NCBI GenBank assembly: GCA_963713225.1
Contig: CAVQLB010000010.1
Location: 25,686 to 89,685, forward strand
Direction: 5' to 3'
From: an uncultured Actinomycetota bacterium
Lineage (GTDB): Bacteria > Actinomycetota > Actinomycetes > Mycobacteriales > Mycobacteriaceae
DNA length: 64,000 nucleotides
Below, in pieces: positions 59,751 to 64,000 of this stretch. A program made the translations under genes and the position numbers. Each line of letters starts with the position of its first letter. Positions within the stretch are counted from its first letter, which is position 1. The notes under the pieces were generated by a model. That model saw only the letters and a list, made by a program, of their open reading frames with translations. It did no database searches and was not told the origin of the DNA.

Positions 59751-60550
59751 CTTCGAACGTACCGCTGCGGAGGTCTATGGCCGTCGAAAGTCTCGTGTTC
59801 GCCGGCGGGCTGATCACCCGCTGGCGGCGCGAGCCGGTGGTGCCGCTCCAGGCGCTGCTGTTTCCGACCATTCTGCTGATCACCTACTACCTCCTCATCG
59901 GCAAGTCGATAATGAGAATCACCGGCACGGACAGTCTTTACGGCTTGGTGCCGATGTGTGCCGTGGCCGGTGCGATGATGGGGGCGCTTGGAGCGGCTAT
60001 CGCCATTCCCGACGAACGCGACTACGGTCTGCTCAGCCAATTGTGGGCGCTGCCCGTGAACCGAGCCAGCGCCCTGACCGGCAGGTTACTTGCCGAGGCT
60101 TTGCGCACGCTAGTGGGTACCGCATTGATCACGGCGGTCGGTGTCGGACTAGGACTCCGTTTCGAGGGCGGCTGGATCGCTGTGATCCCGTTCGTACTGG
60201 TGCCGGTGCTGATCGTTATCGTCTTCTCTACGGCAGTGGTGGCGATTGCGGTGCGGTCCCGGCACGGTACTGCGCTCACCTGGCTGGGGATGGCGACCAT
60301 CGGCTCGGTGTTTGGCTGCGGTGGTGTTCCTCCTGTTGAGAGGCTTCCAGCGTGGGTGCAGCCAGTGGTTCAATTCCACCCGCTGTCGCCGATGATTGAG
60401 TCCATGAGGGCACTCGCCCAAGGGGATCCCGCGCTGTGGCCGCTCCTGCTGACCTTCGCGTGGATTCTTGGTGTGGGCGCAGCGATCGGGCCATGGGCCA
60501 TACGCGGTTACCGTGCCGCGGCCGAATACGGCGGCTCGGCCTGGTGCTGA
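59747..60550 (+). CDS. DrrC-like ABC-2 permease
   Basis: GLLSQLWALPVNRASALTGRLLAE resembles mycobacterial DrrC; ATGA coupling. Confidence 0.85.
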   Translation: MTSNVPLRRSMAVESLVFAGGLITRWRREPVVPLQALLFPTILLITYYLLIGKSIMRITGTDSLYGLVPMCAVAGAMMGALGAAIAIPDERDYGLLSQLWALPVNRASALTGRLLAEALRTLVGTALITAVGVGLGLRFEGGWIAVIPFVLVPVLIVIVFSTAVVAIAVRSRHGTALTWLGMATIGSVFGCGGVPPVERLPAWVQPVVQFHPLSPMIESMRALAQGDPALWPLLLTFAWILGVGAAIGPWAIRGYRAAAEYGGSAWC

Positions 60551-60618
60551 CGGCCTCCGATAATAGGTTCCGAAAAAGTGCTCTATGGGTAGCCGGCAAA
60601 CTAGCCAAGAATTGAGGA

Positions 60619-61931
60619 GTGATGGTCACCGCCGACGACGGACGTGGATCTTTCAGACCAATTTGGACCGCTCAGTGGGATGTCTTGGAACCATTTCCGG
60701 CTATCCAGCCAGACGAAATCGGGCACCACGGGGGTGGACCGGTTCATCTGCTCGTGCGGCTCGGAACGGAGCCACTCGGGTACACCGACTTCGAATTTGG
60801 GGACACCGGTTCGCTTCCAAGCGCTGCTGCGACTTCAGCGTCGCAGGCGTTTCTGTCGCAGATAAATGCTCGTCTGGCCGAGAGCGGTCTACCGCTCATC
60901 AGCGAGATACCCACCGACGGGTTACAGCTGGACCCAACTAAATTGGCATTCGTGGCTGAACGCGAGCTCTTGCTCGGAAATGCACCGGATATATCAGTGG
61001 TCTTATGTACTCGAGATCGTCCGGCGCGGGTTGCTGATTGCCTCCGTCGACTTGCCCTCCAAGAATATCCAAACTACGAGATTGTCGTCGTTGATAACGC
61101 ACCGGCAGATCCTGCTGCGGTGCCAGCCGTACTGGAATCGCTCGACCTGAGCGTGCCCGTGCGATATATCTTGGAACCTCGTGCTGGTCACGCTAGAGGT
61201 AAAAATACCGGTTGGCAGGCCGCGGAAGCCGAAATCGTCGCCTTTGTAGACGACGACGAGGTACCTGACAGAACTGGCTCGCGGAAATCGTACGAGGGTT
61301 CTCGGCGAGGCCCACGGTTGGATGCGTTTCAGGTCTGGTTCTTCCGGCCGAGTTAAAGACTGAACCGCAACAGTGGTTTGAAGAGCTCGCGGGACTCGCC
61401 CAGCTACGCGGATTCAAACAAGAGATTTTCGAACCCGGACACCCGCAGAGCCCGCTCTACGCAATTCCGCCGTTCGGCGCCGGTGGAAACGTAGCTTTCA
61501 GACGCGAAGTCTTGGTTGATATCGGAGGCTATGACGTCTCGATGGGCCTAGGCACGCCGACCAAAGGAGCAGACGATAACGTCGCTTTCGCGCGCACGCT
61601 GCTTGCTAAGCATACCGTGGTTTATCAGCCGACAGCGCTCGTGTTTCATTATCATCGGGACACGCTCGCCGCCTTAAAAACGCAGTTGCACGGGTACGCC
61701 GTTGGTAATGCGGCTGCCTACGCGGCATTAATATCTCGCGAGCCAAAGCTCATACTTGCCATGCTGAGGTTAATCCCCACCGCTATTGAAGAATTGCGCA
61801 GAGATTTGCGTCGAGAAGATTCGCTTGTTCGAGCAAGGAAGATGCTTCCCGCTAGCATTCGGCGAATGGAATGGAGAGGCCTGCTCGAGGGTATTCCAGC
61901 CTATGTTAAAAGTGTTCGCCAGCCCGATTGA
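60619..61931 (+). pseudogene. GT2 glycosyltransferase with N-terminal extension, one frameshift at ~61272 as assembled
   Basis: SVVLCTRDRP, VVVDNAP, AFVDDD, then in another frame WLAEIVRGF...FGAGGNVAFRR...GADD. Confidence 0.8.
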
Positions 61932-62394
61932 CTGTGTCGATGTCCGTGCCGAGCGCACCCGCGATCAGTGAGTGAGCCGCAAGGTCTTTGCCAATGGCAT
62001 CGGAGTATGGCTTGGCAGCAGGTCAACGTCGGCCGACACCGCGCCCGCGGGCGCTGCGATGTCCACGTCGACAACGACATCCTGCGGTCCTGGAGCGGGA
62101 AATGAATTGCTCGAAGACAGCCGCCCGAGTCCACGTTCGGCCTTCAGCTTGTACCGCCGTCGGATCCGCCGCGCCCGCAACCTTCCCGACAGGTGCGGCA
62201 TAATCCGTGTCAACTTCCGCATTCCGCCTGGGAGGCGGTTGTAGGCTCTCTTAGCTGTTACTTCGCCGGTGCTTCGCGATGCGAATCGGGTTACTTGCGA
62301 ACAGAAGGGGCGCGGAGAAGGTATTTATGAGGCTATCAATAAGTACTCAAATCGTATTGTTGCCAAGTTAGAAGCAGGATCGGGGCGCAACGAG

Positions 62395-63960
62395 ATGGTT
62401 TTAGCGGATCCTAAGAGTTGGGTTTTGGAAAGAAGACCACTATTACAAATGCTAGTTGTTGCTACGCTGCTTGTTACAGCGCTTGCAGCCAGGCTCTACC
62501 TTATTGGGGATCCACCCGGGGACTTTCATCCTACGCGTCAGTACCACTCGTTGACTCTCGCCAGAGGTTACTACTTCGAAGCGTTAGAATCAGCACCTGA
62601 ATGGAAAAGAACACTCGCAAGCCTTAACAAGCAGAAAGAAGACCTCGTCGAACCCCCAATCTTGGACCTCGCGGCGTCCTATGCCTATCGTATTGTTGGA
62701 GGAGAGCATATCTGGATTCCGCGCCTAATTTCTGTCATATCGTGGTTAGTCGGCGGTGTGTTTTTGTTTCAAATCGCCAAGAGAGTATTTTCCGCAACCG
62801 CGGCGGTGTTTTCCACCGCCCTCTATCTATTTCTTCCCTTTGCGGTATTAGCTAGTAGAAGCTTTCAGCCAGATTCGCTAATGGTTATGGCGCTACTGCT
62901 TAGCATCTTCACCATCCTGCGGTATCACGAACAACCATCAGGGCGCAGGCTAGCACTGGCAGCAGTTGCTTCGGCCTTTGCTTTGTTTATTAAGCCGGGT
63001 ATCTGCTTTTTCCAAATCTTTGCCTGTTTCATATTTATTGGCGCCTACAAACGGGGCATTCGGAAAACGCTAGTGGGGTGGCCTTTTGCAATATTCGCGC
63101 TTGTCAGCGTTTTGCCAATGATCGCCTACTTCATATACGGCACTTTTATTGCCGGTTTTTTTGGGCAGCAGGTTGGATTGAAAATCATGCCGAACTTTTT
63201 GATCCAGCCCGCGTTTTGGGGCGCATGGCTCTTCATGATTGCCACCTGGGTCGGTCCCTACTTTATTGGCGCCGCTCTTCTTGGATCCCTTTTGCTTAGC
63301 AAAGGTTTAGCAAGAGCCTTGCTGATTGGTTTGTTGAGTGGTTACATTGTCTTTGGGTTAGTGTTCACCTATCATATTCAAACGCATTCTTACTATTCGT
63401 TGCAGCTTGTGCCTATCGTTGCTCTGTCGATTGGGCCTATCGTCGAGCTAGTTGGAGCACACGTCTCTCAGGTAGCTACACAGTGGTATGAGCGAGTAGT
63501 GGTCTTTGGGGTTCTTCTTGTGACAGGTCTTATGATCCTCGGAGTGGCATTCGTTCCACAGCAGTATAAGGATCCTAATGCGATGGATTTTAACGCCAGG
63601 GTACGAATGTACGAAACGATTGGAGATATCGTCAACCACAGCCCCAACACTCTCATATCAGCGCCCGACGACGGATTGCCTCTTAGGTATCACGGTTGGA
63701 TCGCTGGAGAAATATGGCCTACGAATCTTGAGATCGAAGAGGGCCAGCTTTTTGGGATGCCAGAACTTGATATGGAGCAGCGTTTGAATGATCTAAAGGC
63801 AAAATCAGGTTATCCCCCTGACTATTTCATCATTGTTAGAGACTTAAACCCTGGGGGCTTTGAGGACCAGAAAGGACTCCATGCATTTCTAGTCCAGAAA
63901 TTCCCCATAGTAGCGGAGGGCGTCGATTACTGGGTATTCGATCTGCGCCGGCATCAGTAA
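62395..63960 (+). CDS. GT-C fold membrane glycosyltransferase (ArnT/PMT, GT39-like)
   Basis: Multiple TM segments; DFHPTRQY, EPPIL, SRSFQPD, IKP motifs; visibly AT-rich codon usage. Start may be 62269. Confidence 0.8.
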   Translation: MVLADPKSWVLERRPLLQMLVVATLLVTALAARLYLIGDPPGDFHPTRQYHSLTLARGYYFEALESAPEWKRTLASLNKQKEDLVEPPILDLAASYAYRIVGGEHIWIPRLISVISWLVGGVFLFQIAKRVFSATAAVFSTALYLFLPFAVLASRSFQPDSLMVMALLLSIFTILRYHEQPSGRRLALAAVASAFALFIKPGICFFQIFACFIFIGAYKRGIRKTLVGWPFAIFALVSVLPMIAYFIYGTFIAGFFGQQVGLKIMPNFLIQPAFWGAWLFMIATWVGPYFIGAALLGSLLLSKGLARALLIGLLSGYIVFGLVFTYHIQTHSYYSLQLVPIVALSIGPIVELVGAHVSQVATQWYERVVVFGVLLVTGLMILGVAFVPQQYKDPNAMDFNARVRMYETIGDIVNHSPNTLISAPDDGLPLRYHGWIAGEIWPTNLEIEEGQLFGMPELDMEQRLNDLKAKSGYPPDYFIIVRDLNPGGFEDQKGLHAFLVQKFPIVAEGVDYWVFDLRRHQ

Positions 63961-64000
63961 TTCACCCCATCTTTGGGCAGGAGCTCCCTTACTACCCGCC

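Noticed and set aside
61965-62222. 85-aa minus-strand ORF between the GT2 and GT-C genes
   Set aside because: May be a gene fragment, but no family is recognisable and it opposes the operon direction.

Overview
High-GC actinobacterial chromosome, most likely a rapidly growing mycobacterium (Mycolicibacterium-like). Three zones. (1) 1-17 kb, accessory region: a secretory lipase lipoprotein; a probable integrative-element att scar (tRNA-Thr 3' fragment plus triple direct repeats); a vWA protein; a coupled CYP138-family P450 + BAHD-type acyltransferase; an LLM oxidoreductase + GH13 pair; a LacI-controlled cyclitol/sugar cluster; a broken TetR. (2) 17-54 kb, the conserved cholesterol locus: Rv3485c-like SDR, otsA, the complete mce4 operon, hsd4A, fdxD, fadE26/27, fadD17, fadD19, echA19, cyp142, ltp4/ltp3, kshA and an Rv3527 homolog, with five exact and two near-match KstR boxes. 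A 71-bp tandem repeat between yrbE4A and yrbE4B forms a chain of overlapping mini-ORFs. (3) 54-64 kb, a compositionally different island: fatty acyl-AMP ligase, DrrABC-like exporter, two GT2 glycosyltransferases and an AT-rich GT-C membrane glycosyltransferase. About a dozen genes carry single-base indels, more consistent with long-read consensus error than with real decay. No rRNA, intact tRNA, transposase or CRISPR array was seen. All family assignments come from motif recognition and recall, not from database searches.
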